DNA from: Vulcanimicrobiota bacterium
GTDB taxonomy: Bacteria; Vulcanimicrobiota; Vulcanimicrobiia; Vulcanimicrobiales; Vulcanimicrobiaceae
NCBI GenBank assembly: GCA_963714015.1
Contig: OY970223.1
Location: 1,568,001 to 1,632,000, forward strand
Direction of reading: 5' to 3'
DNA: 64,000 nucleotides
Shown here: positions 11,273 through 22,445 of the stretch, piece by piece
Layout: each line of letters starts with the position of its first letter
Position numbering within the stretch: the first letter of the stretch is position 1
Made by a program: the position numbers and the translations under genes
Notes under the pieces: generated by a model
Databases searched by the model: none
Told to the model about the DNA's origin: nothing
What the model saw: the letters and a program-made list of their open reading frames with translations, nothing else

Positions 11273-12688
11273 ATGACCATGGAGTTCCGTGAACCGATCG
11301 AGCGGCTCATCCGCAATCCGCGTGAATTTACGAAAGACGTTCCGTTTCCCGATCCGTCGCAGATCCGGATCTACGACGAAACGCTGCGCGACGGCGAACA
11401 GATGCCCGGCGTCTGCTTCACTCCCGAACAAAAACTCGAAATCGCTCAACATCTGGCCGATGTCGGCGTGCACATCATGAGTGTCGGATTCCCGGCGGCC
11501 TCGGCAGGCGATCGCAAGACGCTGCAGCTCGTTATGGAAGCCAAGCGGCGAGGCGACCTGCGCGAACGTCGAGATCGTCGTCATGTGCCGCAGCAATCCC
11601 AAAGACATCGACGTCACCATTGAGACGCTCCAGGCCGTCGACGTCTCACCCGCGGACGTCACGTTCTTCATTTTCACGAGCGGCAGCGATCTGCATTTGA
11701 AGTACAAGATCGGCAAGACGCTGCTCAAACTCGAAGGGCGCGACGAGAGCGAGTGGCTCGATCTGCCGCTCGAGTTCTACCGCAGCGCGAACATCAAACT
11801 GCAAGTGCGATGCGATCCGTTACGCGCGTTCCAAAGGGCGTGTACGCACGTCGAGTTCGGCGCCGAAGACGGCAGCCGCGGCGACGTGGAGTACTTCATC
11901 GATACTTCAAAGCCAGTTTGGAGGCCGGCGGCGACCGTCCCGCATGGCCGGATACCGTCGGGTGTTTGACGCCCGAAGCGGCGCGCTGGTACTGCTCGCG
12001 CATCGTGCGCGCGATGCCCGAAGGGCTTGCCGATGGTCTGCCACTTTCACAACGACTACGGGCTCGGTACGATCAATGCGATCACCGCCGTATCGTGCGG
12101 ATTCAAAGTTGTAAGCGTTACCGCGAACGGCTACGGCGAGCGCGCCGGTAACGTGAAGCTGCACGAGTTCGTTACCGCGCTGAACGTGCTGTACGGCGTC
12201 GAACTGCCCGGATTCAAGTACGACAAACTGCGCGAACTGGCGCGCTTCATGGAACGGATGAGCGGCATTCCAATTCAGCAGCACGAGCCGATCATCGGGG
12301 AGAAGGTCTTCGCGCACGAGTCCGGGCATCCACACGCACGCCATGCTGATCGATCGCCGCATGTATGAGGCTGTTCCCGCGCAACTCGTCGGCGGCGAAA
12401 TGTCATGGGTGTTCGGCAAGCACTCGGGCGTTGCGCTGGTGGAAGATACGCTGCGCAAACATCGCGATCGAGCTGGCGGCGTTGGGAGTCGAGGTCACGT
12501 CCGAACTTGCGCAACGCGTGACCGAAGAAGTCAAACGCTTGCGTGAAGAGCGCGCTGCAGGCAGCAGAAGCTCGGAAACGATCGACGCGTACGAAGAGGC
12601 GATGCGCCGGCTTTCAATCGGCGAAGCCGAGGTCGCCGAGATAGCCGTCGCCCTAGGATCGCCCAAGGAGCGCGCAATCGCCGGATAG
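11273..12688 (+). CDS. DRE-TIM metallolyase (isopropylmalate/homocitrate/citramalate synthase family), several frameshifts
   Basis: [48 protein letters not shown]. Confidence 0.88.
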
Positions 12689-12720
12689 CGGCACCACTCC
12701 GGCGCGGACGATCTTACGCA

Positions 12721-13081
12721 GTGCTGCTGGGTTACCTCACGCTGCTGGTTTTGGGTTTTGCCGGAAACGTCATGGTCGCGATCGCTTTGCGTGCAGCGGG
12801 CAGGCTCTACATCGGTCATCTGCAGCGAGATCGTCGCCCTCGTTGCCGCGATAATCGCCGGCGCCGTTACGGCGCGGATTGCCCGCGCAAAGCCGCTTGC
12901 GCATGCCGGCGCACTAGGCCTGACCGTGTTCACGGTTACCGTCATCGCGTCGGCGCTTGTTCCGGCACATCGGAACGCCTTTTTTCCACCGTGGTACCCG
13001 TTCGTCGCGGCTGCATTGAGCGGCGTGGGCGCGTTTATCGGCGGCGCATTAGTCAGTCAGAGCATCGAGCGCAGCGCTTGA
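12721..13081 (+). CDS. Small hypothetical membrane protein (frameshift near 12800)
   Basis: Hydrophobic segments in ORFs 12721 and 12758 (IIAGAVTARIA...PPWY). Confidence 0.6.
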
Positions 13082-13211
13082 TCTGCGCGCGCCCCGGCGG
13101 CCCCGGCAAGGAAGCCGGAAATCAGGTTCGAACGTTCCCCTAGTATTACACTGGTTCGTCGTTTAACGAAGCGCTTTGTTCCTCCAAATGTATGCGAAGG
13201 ATCTGCCCGCC

Positions 13212-13334
13212 GTGAACCTACACCGCCTCGTCCCGACGATTTCGCTAGTAGTCTTGTGCGCATCGCTCGTGGCCAACACTGAAAGGGGCACGGAGAAGAT
13301 CGAGCTCTCCGGACATGATCCGTCCGAATACTAA
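13212..13334 (+). CDS. Candidate 40-aa secreted peptide MNLHRLVPTISLVVLCASLVANTERGTEKIELSGHDPSEY (in-frame ATG also at 13188)
   Basis: Read by hand, below the ORF-track cutoff; GAAGGA about 10 nt before GTG; basic/hydrophobic N-terminus then polar tail. Confidence 0.4.
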   Translation: MNLHRLVPTISLVVLCASLVANTERGTEKIELSGHDPSEY

Positions 13335-13425
13335 CCATTACTTTTCTCTTCATAGGACGCGGCTGCTGCAGCGATTGATCGCTCGAGCAGGCGCACGAGG
13401 AATCCTTTCGGGATCGCCGTAACGA

Positions 13426-15211
13426 TTGCACGTGAGGAAGACGGTGCTCCTGGCGCTTTGCGTCTTCTCTTTCTTCGTTCTCCTCGCCGATGCGATGGAG
13501 ACCTACGGGCTCGTTGCTCGGCCACTCTTCGGATATATGGACGCTGATCTCAACCCCACCAGAACGCCGTACGTCGAAGAGTACGTCACCGTGGTTCCGG
13601 GCGGAGCCTCTTCCCGCGCGGGGATACAGCGGGGGGATACCGTCGATCTGCGCGAGCTCGACGTGGATGCGCGCGTCGGCGTCATCTATCAACCGGTTAC
13701 GACGCAGAGCCTCCGGATAGTGGTGCATCGGGGAAACCGCGTTTTCGTCACCCACGTGCACCCATCGACCGTTTACGACGGGGATGCTGCCGCCAAGCAG
13801 ATTGCCGACGCCTTTTTCTTCGCCGCCGATCTACTGCTGCTCGCATGCGCGACCATTATCGCATTTCGCCGCCCGGACACAATCGAAGGACGGCTCCTCT
13901 GCCTAACGCTCCTGGCGTTGTTGGGGACGACGTTTTCGCCGAGCAATGTGGCACTGGGGAACGGCCGGCTCGGCGCGCTCTTGTATCTGTTTTCCGGAAT
14001 CTCAACCTGCGCGATGATTGTCTTACCGGTCGTGCTTGCCGCACGCTTCGGCGTTCGCGCCGGGCTACGCCGTGGCATGGAAATCGTTGCCTACGCAACG
14101 GCAACTTCGGTGCTCGTGATTTACGTTTTTGGAACGATTGGGCTGATCGCGCTGTCGGTGGACCCCGTCCCGTTCTTGCTCACGTTCGGTAGTTCGTGGA
14201 GCACGTTCATCTCGCTCGCGCCTTTCGTCACGGTCGCCGCGGTCGCGTTGGCGGTCGCAGCGACGCCGCCTTCTGAGCGGCCTCGTGCTGCGTGGCTGCT
14301 GATACCACTCCCGTTCGCATATCTCGTGTCCGGCCTCGTTCAAATCGATCAGTCGGCAATTCCTGACTTCATCGCCTATTTGCTCGTGACGTCGGTCAAT
14401 AGCATCTGTTTGGTGCTCGGCGCGGGCGCGGTCACGTTTGCAATCGTGAAGCGCCGTGTCCTGGACATCCAATTCATCGTCGCCCGCGCGCTGGTCGTTG
14501 CGGTCGTCTCGTCGATCGTCGTGGTATCATTCATTCTTCTCGAGTGGGCACTAGGAACGTTCCTCTCGTCGGCCGGCCGCATCACGGGACTCGTCGCCAA
14601 TGCAGGGCTCGCGCTCGTTTTGGGATTGAGCATGCACGTCATTCACGGCCGGGTCGACGGTTGGGTGGAGCGCGCACTCTTTCATAAACGCCGCGAGAAC
14701 GAGCACAAGCTGCGAGCCTTCGCCAAGGAGGCGATGTTTGTAACCGAGCGCGATGCGCTCTTGGATCGTGCGATTGGGATCGTGCAAGCAACCACGGACG
14801 CGCGATCCGCGGCTTTCTATCTCGACGGGAGCGGTTCGTATCAGCCCGTACGCTCGTTCGGCGAGATCGTTCCGCCCAGGGCGACGAGAACGACCCGCTC
14901 ATCCTCGCCTTGAAGACCTGGCACGAACCGGTCGATCCGCATCGTTACGAGACCGAGTTGACGGCGCGCTCGCCGTCCCAATGCTCGCTCACGGGCGTCT
15001 TCTCGGCATATTGCTGTGTGGCGAGCGCGCGGGCGGCGAAGCCTACGTCCGGGATGAGATCGAGGCCCTTTCCGAATTCGCTCACGGCGTGGGCGCATCG
15101 CTCGGATCGATGATTCGTTTCGATGCTGCCGACGCTCACGACGGTGCAATCCTCAGGGAACTGCGAGAGTTGCGCGAAGCGGTCGCCCGTTTGGAAGCTC
15201 GCTACCGGTAG
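13426..15211 (+). CDS. Multi-TM membrane protein with N-terminal PDZ-like and C-terminal GAF domains (frameshifts near 14880 and 14965)
   Basis: VTVVPGGASSRAGIQRGDTV (PDZ-like); about 8 TM helices; LAVPMLAHGRLLGILLCGERAGGEAY..DEIEAL (GAF). Confidence 0.75.
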
Positions 15212-15369
15212 CGTGCGCTCAGCGTGCGTTCGGATGAAACGACATACGCACCGGTCTCTTCGACGGTTAGCACAATGCGGCTCTCGGCACCCACAGAACC
15301 GTCGTCGGGCGGGCCGCAAGGGCAAGACGATATGACGATCTCCTTTCACGCGTCAGGCACGGCCGGAGC
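15201..15369 (-). ncRNA. 6S RNA-like rod-shaped RNA
   Basis: End-to-end pairing GCUCCGG/CCGGUAGC, CGUGC/GCACG, GCGUG/CACGC, GAGAUCGUCAUAUCGU/GCGUAUGUCGUUUC, then a central bubble and apical stem CGACGGUU/AACCGUCG; G-U pairs favour the minus strand; promoter immediately upstream. Confidence 0.65.
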
Positions 15370-15374
15370 GTACT

Positions 15375-15402
15375 AGTTAACCTCGCGCTTTGCGTTTCCC
15401 AA
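15375..15402 (-). promoter_or_regulatory. Sigma70-like promoter for the 6S-like RNA
   Basis: TTGGGA-N16-TTAACT with an AT-rich upstream tract; -10 lies 5 nt before the rod's 5' end. Confidence 0.5.
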
Positions 15403-15417
15403 CATTTAATCAAAACG

Positions 15418-15443
15418 AAAAAGCCTTGGCGCGACTGCAAGGC
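15418..15443 (-). terminator. Intrinsic terminator of the TPR-dppA-dppA operon
   Basis: GCCTTG-N9-CAAGGC followed by TTTTT on the minus strand. Confidence 0.6.
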
Positions 15444-15533
15444 GGACTTTTCTTAAAAAGACGGATGCGATCGCATTGCGCGGTTCGATCGCTCATTCGT
15501 CGCTTCCCGATGTCGCTGCTCACCATGACCGGG

Positions 15534-16369
15534 CTAAGCCGGGCCGTCGGCGAGGGCGCCCATCCGGAATGCCGCGACGAACGCTCTGAATACGGTGGGA
15601 TAGTCGTCGTGGGTGAAGCGCACTCGGCGCGCGTCGATGCGTTCGAAGCCCGGGATGATCTCGATCCAGTCCGCCTGCTCGACGCGCGTGAGGTCGATCT
15701 CCATGACGATCGGTGGTTCGAAGCGGAACGGCTGAGCCTGTTGCCGATTTTGCAGCGCCTGTTGTGCGCCCGCCCGGATCGCCGCTTGCGCGGCTTGAGG
15801 TGAGATCGAATCGACCGCATAGTTGCCGATGCTCTCCTTGACGATGACGCCGGTAATCCACGGCATCTGCTCTTTCGCGCTTTCGATCGTGACGCGATCG
15901 CCCGTTATCAGCAGCACCGGGATGCCGTAATGTCCGGCGATACCGGCGTTGAGCGTCGCCTCACTGCAGCGGATGCCGTTGACGAAGACGTTGTAGATTA
16001 CCGACGGCGTGTACGAGTGGCAGAGCGTCGCGTTCGCATCGCCGATAGCGCCGTGATAGCCGGTGTAGAAGACGCCGCCGTATCCGGCCCCGAGCGATTC
16101 GTTCATCGAGAGGGGTTTGCGGTTGCCGAAGATCACGCGAACGTCCGGCGGGAGCTCGTCCAACAGCAGATTGCGCATCGGGCCGTGCGAGTCGTTGATC
16201 GTGACCTCCGTGGCGCCGGCTGCGCGAGCGCCGTCAATCGCAGCGCATACTTCGGCCGTCATGTACTTCTGGTAAATGAAATACTCGGGCGTATACTGCG
16301 CGCGTCCACTTGCTCCCAGCTGCAGACGCCCGCGACGCCCTCCATGTCGCAGGAAATGTAGAGTTTCAT
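15534..16369 (-). CDS. dppA: M55 D-aminopeptidase, copy 2 (frameshift near 16305)
   Basis: MKLYISCDMEGVAG start overlapping the copy 1 stop; NDSH, GYHG, LCHSY, CSE motifs. Confidence 0.9.
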
Positions 16370-17199
16370 GCGACCACGTTGGCGGCGCCGCCAAGACGAA
16401 ATGCGGCGAGGAACGCGCGGAAAATCTGCACGAAGTCGCCATGCTCGAAGCGTAGCGTGCGTCCGGCAATTCGCGTAAATCCGGGCATCAGTTCGATGAA
16501 GTCCGCCTGCTCGACGCGCGCGGTATCTATTTCGAGTACATATGGAGGATCGAAGGTGAAGGGTTTGGCCGAACCGGCATTGCGCACCGCGCGTTCGGCG
16601 CCTTCACGCAGCGCTTCACGTGCCGCCGCCGGCGTCATGGAATCGGTTGCGTAAAAGCCGATGCCTTCTTTAACGATCACGCCCGCGATCCACGGCAGAT
16701 GCTCGCGCGCGTGCTCGACGGTCCGGCGATCGCCGCTGACGAGCAGGACCGGAATGCGATAATAGCCCGCCATTGCGGCGTTGAGCAGCGCTTCGCTGCA
16801 GGCAACGCCGTTCACGCGGACGTTGTAAATCGTCGCGTCGGTATAGGTGTGCGCCAGCACGCCGCCGGCATCGCCGACCCGCGCATGATATCCGGTGAAG
16901 AACGCTCCGTCGAAGCCCGAGCTCAAGCCTTGCGTCATCGAGAACGGCTTTCGGCCGCCGGAGATTACGCGAACGTCGGCGGGAAGCTCGTCCCACAAAA
17001 GATTGCGCATGTCCCAATGCGAGTCGTTGACCACGAACTCAGCGGCGCCGCCCGCACGGGCTCCGTCGATCGCGGCGCGCACCTCCTGCGTCATGTACCG
17101 GCGGTAGACCGGGTATTCGAAACGGTTGCTCGGATCGCATTGCATCCAACTGCAGACGGCGGCCGTTCCCTCCATGTCGCACGAGACGTACAGCCTCAT
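16366..17199 (-). CDS. dppA: M55 D-aminopeptidase, copy 1
   Basis: SCDMEG, NDSH, GYHA, LAHTY, SEALLN, VSGD. Confidence 0.93.
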   Translation of the reverse strand: MRLYVSCDMEGTAAVCSWMQCDPSNRFEYPVYRRYMTQEVRAAIDGARAGGAAEFVVNDSHWDMRNLLWDELPADVRVISGGRKPFSMTQGLSSGFDGAFFTGYHARVGDAGGVLAHTYTDATIYNVRVNGVACSEALLNAAMAGYYRIPVLLVSGDRRTVEHAREHLPWIAGVIVKEGIGFYATDSMTPAAAREALREGAERAVRNAGSAKPFTFDPPYVLEIDTARVEQADFIELMPGFTRIAGRTLRFEHGDFVQIFRAFLAAFRLGGAANVVA

Positions 17200-17630
17200 T
17201 GCGTGCCCCGCAATCCGTCCTGCGCTTCGCTGAGCCCTTCTTGCGCTGCGACGTTCCTGCCGTTTACCGCCAGCGCGCGCTTGTAATACGGAATCGCCTG
17301 CTGATATTTGCCGACGGCGAGGTACATGTCGCCGAGTTGCGTGAGCGCGACGTCGTCTTTGGGATTGCGCGCGATGCGATCGCGCAGCTGAGAGAGTTGA
17401 ATGCGTACCGTTGCGGGCGGTCCTCCGCCCTCGACGTTGACCGCGGGCGGACCGGCCGTTGCCGCAGCCTCACGTGCGCCCGCGCCGGTGCCGGTACCGA
17501 AGACGGATCCCCCGGTCGTGAATCCTTGATGCACCAGCCAAGCGACGGCGGCGACGAACAGGACGCCGACGACCAACACGATCGGGAGATAGAGGCGCGG
17601 CGGAAGACCGCGATTCGGAACTCGAGCCAC
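17196..17630 (-). CDS. Membrane-anchored TPR protein
   Basis: N-terminal TM helix; NPKDDVALTQLGDMYLAVGKYQQAIPYYKRAL TPR. Confidence 0.85.
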   Translation of the reverse strand: MARVPNRGLPPRLYLPIVLVVGVLFVAAVAWLVHQGFTTGGSVFGTGTGAGAREAAATAGPPAVNVEGGGPPATVRIQLSQLRDRIARNPKDDVALTQLGDMYLAVGKYQQAIPYYKRALAVNGRNVAAQEGLSEAQDGLRGTQ

Positions 17631-17665
17631 AAGAGTCGTTTGGACGTGCGGCGAATAAACTCTTC

Positions 17666-18208
17666 GTGCTGCCCTCGGAAACCGATCTCCAGTTGCTCTT
17701 TGCCGAATTGAACAACTTTTTTTTCAACGGTGAAGTGCCGGTGTGCCGGATCCGCTACAACGCGCGCTTCTCCAACTCGGCCGGCCGTATCACCTACAGC
17801 GAACGGCCGCTGCTGATCGAGCTCTCGCCCAAGCACTTTCGGTCGGAGCCCGGGGCGCTGCGTGAAACGCTGCTGCACGAGATGATCCATGCCTGGCTTT
17901 TCGACAAGTGCGGCGATACCGGGCACGGAGCAGCGTTTCGCAAGAAGATGCGCCAATGCGGCATGACCTCGATTTACCACGATCTCGGCAACGTCCGGCC
18001 GCTGAGCGAAAGCGCGAAACGCTACATTCTGCGCTGTGAGAAATGCACGCTCGAATTGCTTCGCAAGCGCTTGCCTTCGGCCGCAATGAGCTGCGGTCGC
18101 TGCAGTAAGCGAGGGTACGATCCGCGCTTTCCGCTCACGGTCTTCGAGGTAACGGAGACCCGTGAGCTCGGCCTTACTGTCGGGAAGGCGGCTTTCCGCG
18201 GCCGCTAA
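17666..18208 (+). CDS. SprT-like zinc metalloprotease domain protein
   Basis: ETLLHEMIH, GHG..F, C-terminal CxxC...CxxC. Confidence 0.88.
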   Translation: MLPSETDLQLLFAELNNFFFNGEVPVCRIRYNARFSNSAGRITYSERPLLIELSPKHFRSEPGALRETLLHEMIHAWLFDKCGDTGHGAAFRKKMRQCGMTSIYHDLGNVRPLSESAKRYILRCEKCTLELLRKRLPSAAMSCGRCSKRGYDPRFPLTVFEVTETRELGLTVGKAAFRGR

Positions 18209-18271
18209 CGAACAACCGCCTCGGCCGCACCGTATTCCGGTCATAACCTGTGTGAAAGGGCTTATTTCGCT

Positions 18272-20895
18272 ATGAGAATTCCCCGCTTGGCCCCTGCTTT
18301 GGCCTTCGCTGCAGTTTTCGCGCTTTGGGCGCCGCACGCGGACGCCCGCGTGACCGCCGCTACTGCGCCGGGACCGTTACCCAAGACGGTCATTCCGACG
18401 CTGTACGACATCAGCGTCGCGCCGGACCTGAAGACCATGAAGATTCGCGGCAACGAGACGATTGCCGTGAAGGTGACTGCGCCGGTGAAAAAGATCGAGC
18501 TGAACGCGCTTCAGACGACGTTCTCCGCGGTGTCGTTCGACGGTGTTCCGGTCGCGTCGATTTCTACGAATTCGAACACCGGAACCGCGACGTTTACGCT
18601 CAAGAAGCCCGCAACTCCGGGGACACACCGTTTGTCGATTGCGTATACTGCGACGGTTCAAACGTCCGCACAAGGACTCTTCGTTCAAAAATATCAAGAC
18701 ACCGCCGGCAAGCCGGCGCGAACTGATCGGGACGCAAATGGAAGCGACGGACGCGCGCCGCATGTTCCCGAGCTGGGACGAGCCGGCTTTTCGCGCGCGA
18801 TTCCACCTTACGGCAACGGTTCCGCAGCAATGGACGGCCGTGTCGAACATGCCGATCCAAAAGACTGTCTCTGCCGGGCCCGGTCTCAAGCGCGTGACCT
18901 TCGCAACCACGCCGTCGATGCCGACGTACTTGGTCGTACTATGTGCCGGCGATTTCGACGAACTGACCGGGAGCGCGAACGGCACGGCCGTGCACGTTTT
19001 CGGAACCAAGGGCAAAGGCCCCGAGCTCACGTACGCACTTTCATCGCTCGAACGCCTGATTCCGTATTACGAGACGTACTACGGCATCAAGTTTCCGCTT
19101 CCCAAACTCGACCTCATCGCCATTCCGGGATTCTTCGGCGGCGCGATGGAAAATTGGGGCGGTATGACGTTCACCGAAGATGGCGTCGTCTACGATCCGA
19201 AACTGCAGCCGCCCTCGGCAGAGCGCGGGGTCTTCGACGTGATCGCGCACGAAACGTCGCATCAGTGGAACGGCGATCTGGTGACGATGGCGTGGTGGGA
19301 CGGATTGTGGCTCAATGAGGGCTTTGCCACGTGGATGGAAAACAAAGCGACCGCCGAGAACAATCCGAGCTGGGACTGGACGTTTCAGTTCGATCAGGCG
19401 AACGATTCCACGATGATCTCGGATGCGCGCCGCACGACGCATCCCGTGCAGATGCCGGTGCACAACGAAACCGAGGCCAACGAGGTTTTCGACGAACTCT
19501 CGTATCAGAAGGCCGGCGCCTTCTTGCGCATGATGGAAGACTACCTCGGGCCGCAGACGTTCCGTAAGGGTCTGCACAATTATTTCGTGGCTAATGAATA
19601 CGGCAACACGGTCCCGTCGGATCTCTGGTCCGCGCTCTCGGCCGTATCGCATCAAAACATCGCGGCGATCTCGAACGCCTGGATCAACGAACCGGGATTC
19701 CCGGTCGTTTCCGTGCTTTCATCGTGCGCGAACGGCCGGCGCACGCTGCACCTCTCGCAATCACGCTATGCGTCGGATGGTTCGGCGAGCGGATCGACGA
19801 CGTGGGCGATTCCGCTGAACGTGGAAACGGCGCCCGGCACATTTGAGAAAGCGCTGTTCGACACACGAACGAGGGCCATTGCCGGCGGCAGCTGTTCGGA
19901 ACCGCTGGTACTGAACGGAAACGCGATCGGCTATTACCGCGTGCGTTACGACGCGGCTCAGCAGCGCCTGCAGCAGCAGCACTTCCGGCAGTTGAGCGTT
20001 CCGGATCGTCTCGAACTACTCGGCGATTCGTGGGTGTTCGCTCAAGACGGGAAGGCGAAGCTCTCCGACTTTCTCGCTTATGTGAAAGCCGACACGGGCG
20101 ATACCGAACCGCATGTGGCGGGCAATATTCTGGGCGACTTCGGACAGATGGAGGCCTACGAGTACGGCAAGCCGGGCGAGGCTGCGTTCAAGCAATACGC
20201 GATCACGTATTTGAAACCGCTCCTGACCGCACTAGGCGGATGGGACGGGAGCACGTCGGACGTCGATCGGAATGGCCTTCGTCAGCAAGTCATCGGCGAT
20301 TTGGCCCAAGCCGGCGACCAAGACTACGATCGCCGAGGCGCAGAAGCGCTTCGCAGCATACGTGCAGAATCCGAGCTCGCTGACGCCGGAGATGAAGAAC
20401 ACGGTGCTCGCCATCGTGGGGCGCTACGCGGATGAAAAAACCTACGATCAGCTGATTCAACTGGGAATGACGTCCCATAACCCAATCGAGATGCAGTCGT
20501 ACTTCCAAGCGGCGTTCGTCGCCAAGGATCCGGCGCTCGCGCAGAAGAGTCTGGACATGTCGCTGCAACTTCCGCCGCAGTTTCAGTCGTTCGCGCCGAT
20601 AATCGTGGCGATTGTCGGTCAGGACCATCCTGAAATGGCTTGGGCGTTTCTGCAGAAGAACACGGACAAGCTTTTCGGCGGAATGAGCACGTTCGATCGC
20701 CTGCCCTATGTAAGCGGCATCGCCGGTTCGTTTTGGCGAGGCGTCCCGGCCGATCAGATCGCGGCGTACTTGAAGGCCAATATGCCCGCTTCGGCAAGCC
20801 TGGACATCAATAAAGCGATGGAGTCGGTGACGCTCAATCAGCAGCACCGGGATCTGCTGGTTCCGCAAATCGACGCCTTCGTCAAAGCAAGCTAG
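18272..20895 (+). CDS. pepN: Secreted M1 aminopeptidase with ERAP1-like C-terminal domain (frameshifts near 18718 and 20325)
   Basis: Signal peptide; ARRMFPSWDEP, GAMENWG, HETSHQW-x-LWLNEGFA, SYQKAG. Confidence 0.92.
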
Positions 20896-20925
20896 CCGGT
20901 TAGACGACAAAAGCAGCAAGCAATT

Positions 20926-20958
20926 GCAGGGGCGCTCGTTCGTACGAGACGCCCCTGC
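20926..20958 (+). terminator. Strong hairpin after the M1 peptidase
   Basis: GCAGGGGCG-CTCGT-tcgt-ACGAG-a-CGCCCCTGC; weak U tail. Confidence 0.55.
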
Positions 20959-21008
20959 GACGTTTATCCAGGCAGAGATTGGCGGCGGCGGGCGAAGATA
21001 GACCTGCC

Positions 21009-22445
21009 ATGACGACGACGAACACTACCGCCTCGAACGGGGCCAAGACCAGCCGCACCGAGTCCGACTCGATGGGCCAGATTCAGGTTCCCGCTGACAA
21101 ATATTACGGCGCGCAATCCGCGCGATCGCTGATTCATTTCGATATCGGCGACGATCAGACGCCGCGCGACATCATGCCGCGGCAAGTCATCAAAGCGATG
21201 GCGATTCTCAAGAAAGCCGCCGCGCTCGTCAATCGGGATCTCGGCAAGCTGGACGACGAAAAGACGAAGCTGGTCGTCGCCGCTGCCGACGAAGTGATCG
21301 CCGGCAAATTGCACGCACACTTCCCGCTGCGCGTGTGGCAGACCGGTTCGGGCACGCAGACGAACATGAACGTGAACGAAGTAATCTCGAACCGCGCGAT
21401 CGAGATCGCCGGCGGCGAAATGGGCAGCAAGAAGCCGATCCATCCCAACGATCACGTCAACATGTCGCAGTCCTCGAACGACACGTTCCCGACCGCGATG
21501 CACATGGCGGCCGCCGAAGCCGTCGTCGAGATGCTCCCCGCCGTCCAGAAGCTGCGCGAGGCGCTGGACGCCAAAGCCAAGCAATGGAGCGGCATCGTCA
21601 AGGTCGGCCGCACGCATCTGCAAGATGCGACGCCGCTGACGCTAGGTCAAGAGTTCTCGGGCTACGTTACGCAGCTCGACCGCGCAACGAACGCCATCAA
21701 GCTCGCGCTCGATCCGCTTTACGACCTGGCCATCGGCGGAACCGCCGTCGGCACCGGCCTCAACGCGCATCCCGAATTTGCCGATCGCATGGCCAAGAAG
21801 ATTGCAGAGCTGACGGGCCGGCCGTTCCGCTCGCATCCGAACAAATTCACGGCGCTGGCCTCGCATGACGACTTCGTCTTCGCATCGGGCGCGCTCAAGA
21901 CGCTGGGCGCGGCGCTTATGAAGATTGCGAACGACATCCGATGGCTGGCCTCGGGCCCGCGCGCCGGAATCGGCGAGCTGACGCTGCCCGAGAACGAACC
22001 GGGTTCGTCGATCATGCCGGGCAAAGTGAATCCGACGCAGTCCGAAGCGATGACGATGGTGGTGGCGCAGGTGTACGGCAACGACACCGCAATCACGTTC
22101 GGCGCCTCGCAGGGCAACTTCGAGTTGAACGTCTTTAACCCGGTGATGATCTACAACTTCCTGCACTCGTGCAACCTGCTGCGCGACACGTGCACGATGT
22201 TCCGCGAACACGCGGTCGAAGGACTGCAAGCCAATGAAGACGTCATCGCCAAATACCTGGGCGAATCGCTGATGACCGTAACCGCGCTCTCGCCGAAGAT
22301 CGGCTACGACAAGGCCGCCGAAATCGCCAAGAAAGCGCACCACGAAAAGACGACGCTCAAAGAGGCGGCGATAAAGCTGGGCTACGTTTCCCCCGAAGAA
22401 TTCGACACATTTGTGGTTCCCAAGGAGATGACGTACCCCAAGTAG
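21009..22445 (+). CDS. fumC: Class II fumarate hydratase
   Basis: [41 protein letters not shown]. Confidence 0.97.
   Translation: MTTTNTTASNGAKTSRTESDSMGQIQVPADKYYGAQSARSLIHFDIGDDQTPRDIMPRQVIKAMAILKKAAALVNRDLGKLDDEKTKLVVAAADEVIAGKLHAHFPLRVWQTGSGTQTNMNVNEVISNRAIEIAGGEMGSKKPIHPNDHVNMSQSSNDTFPTAMHMAAAEAVVEMLPAVQKLREALDAKAKQWSGIVKVGRTHLQDATPLTLGQEFSGYVTQLDRATNAIKLALDPLYDLAIGGTAVGTGLNAHPEFADRMAKKIAELTGRPFRSHPNKFTALASHDDFVFASGALKTLGAALMKIANDIRWLASGPRAGIGELTLPENEPGSSIMPGKVNPTQSEAMTMVVAQVYGNDTAITFGASQGNFELNVFNPVMIYNFLHSCNLLRDTCTMFREHAVEGLQANEDVIAKYLGESLMTVTALSPKIGYDKAAEIAKKAHHEKTTLKEAAIKLGYVSPEEFDTFVVPKEMTYPK

Noticed and set aside
11123..11623. Apparent in-frame fusion of the NDH-2 C-terminus to the DRE-TIM synthase
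   Set aside because: One extra base near 11210 would hide ...GAG CGC GAT CTG AAG TAG (stop at 11229-11231). Both genes carry many such indels, so an artefact is more likely.
14945..15349. Cys/Arg-rich ORFs on both strands across 15.2-15.35 kb, one with an AAGGAG SD-like site
   Set aside because: The long one overlaps the GAF gene in antisense, and the SD-like site is followed by ATA rather than a start codon; the RNA fold explains the region better.
15368..15381. 14-nt identity (GTTAACTAGTACGC, minus strand) to the E. coli trp promoter/operator
   Set aside because: Only one half-site, with no trp genes or trpR here; treated simply as a usable -10 region.
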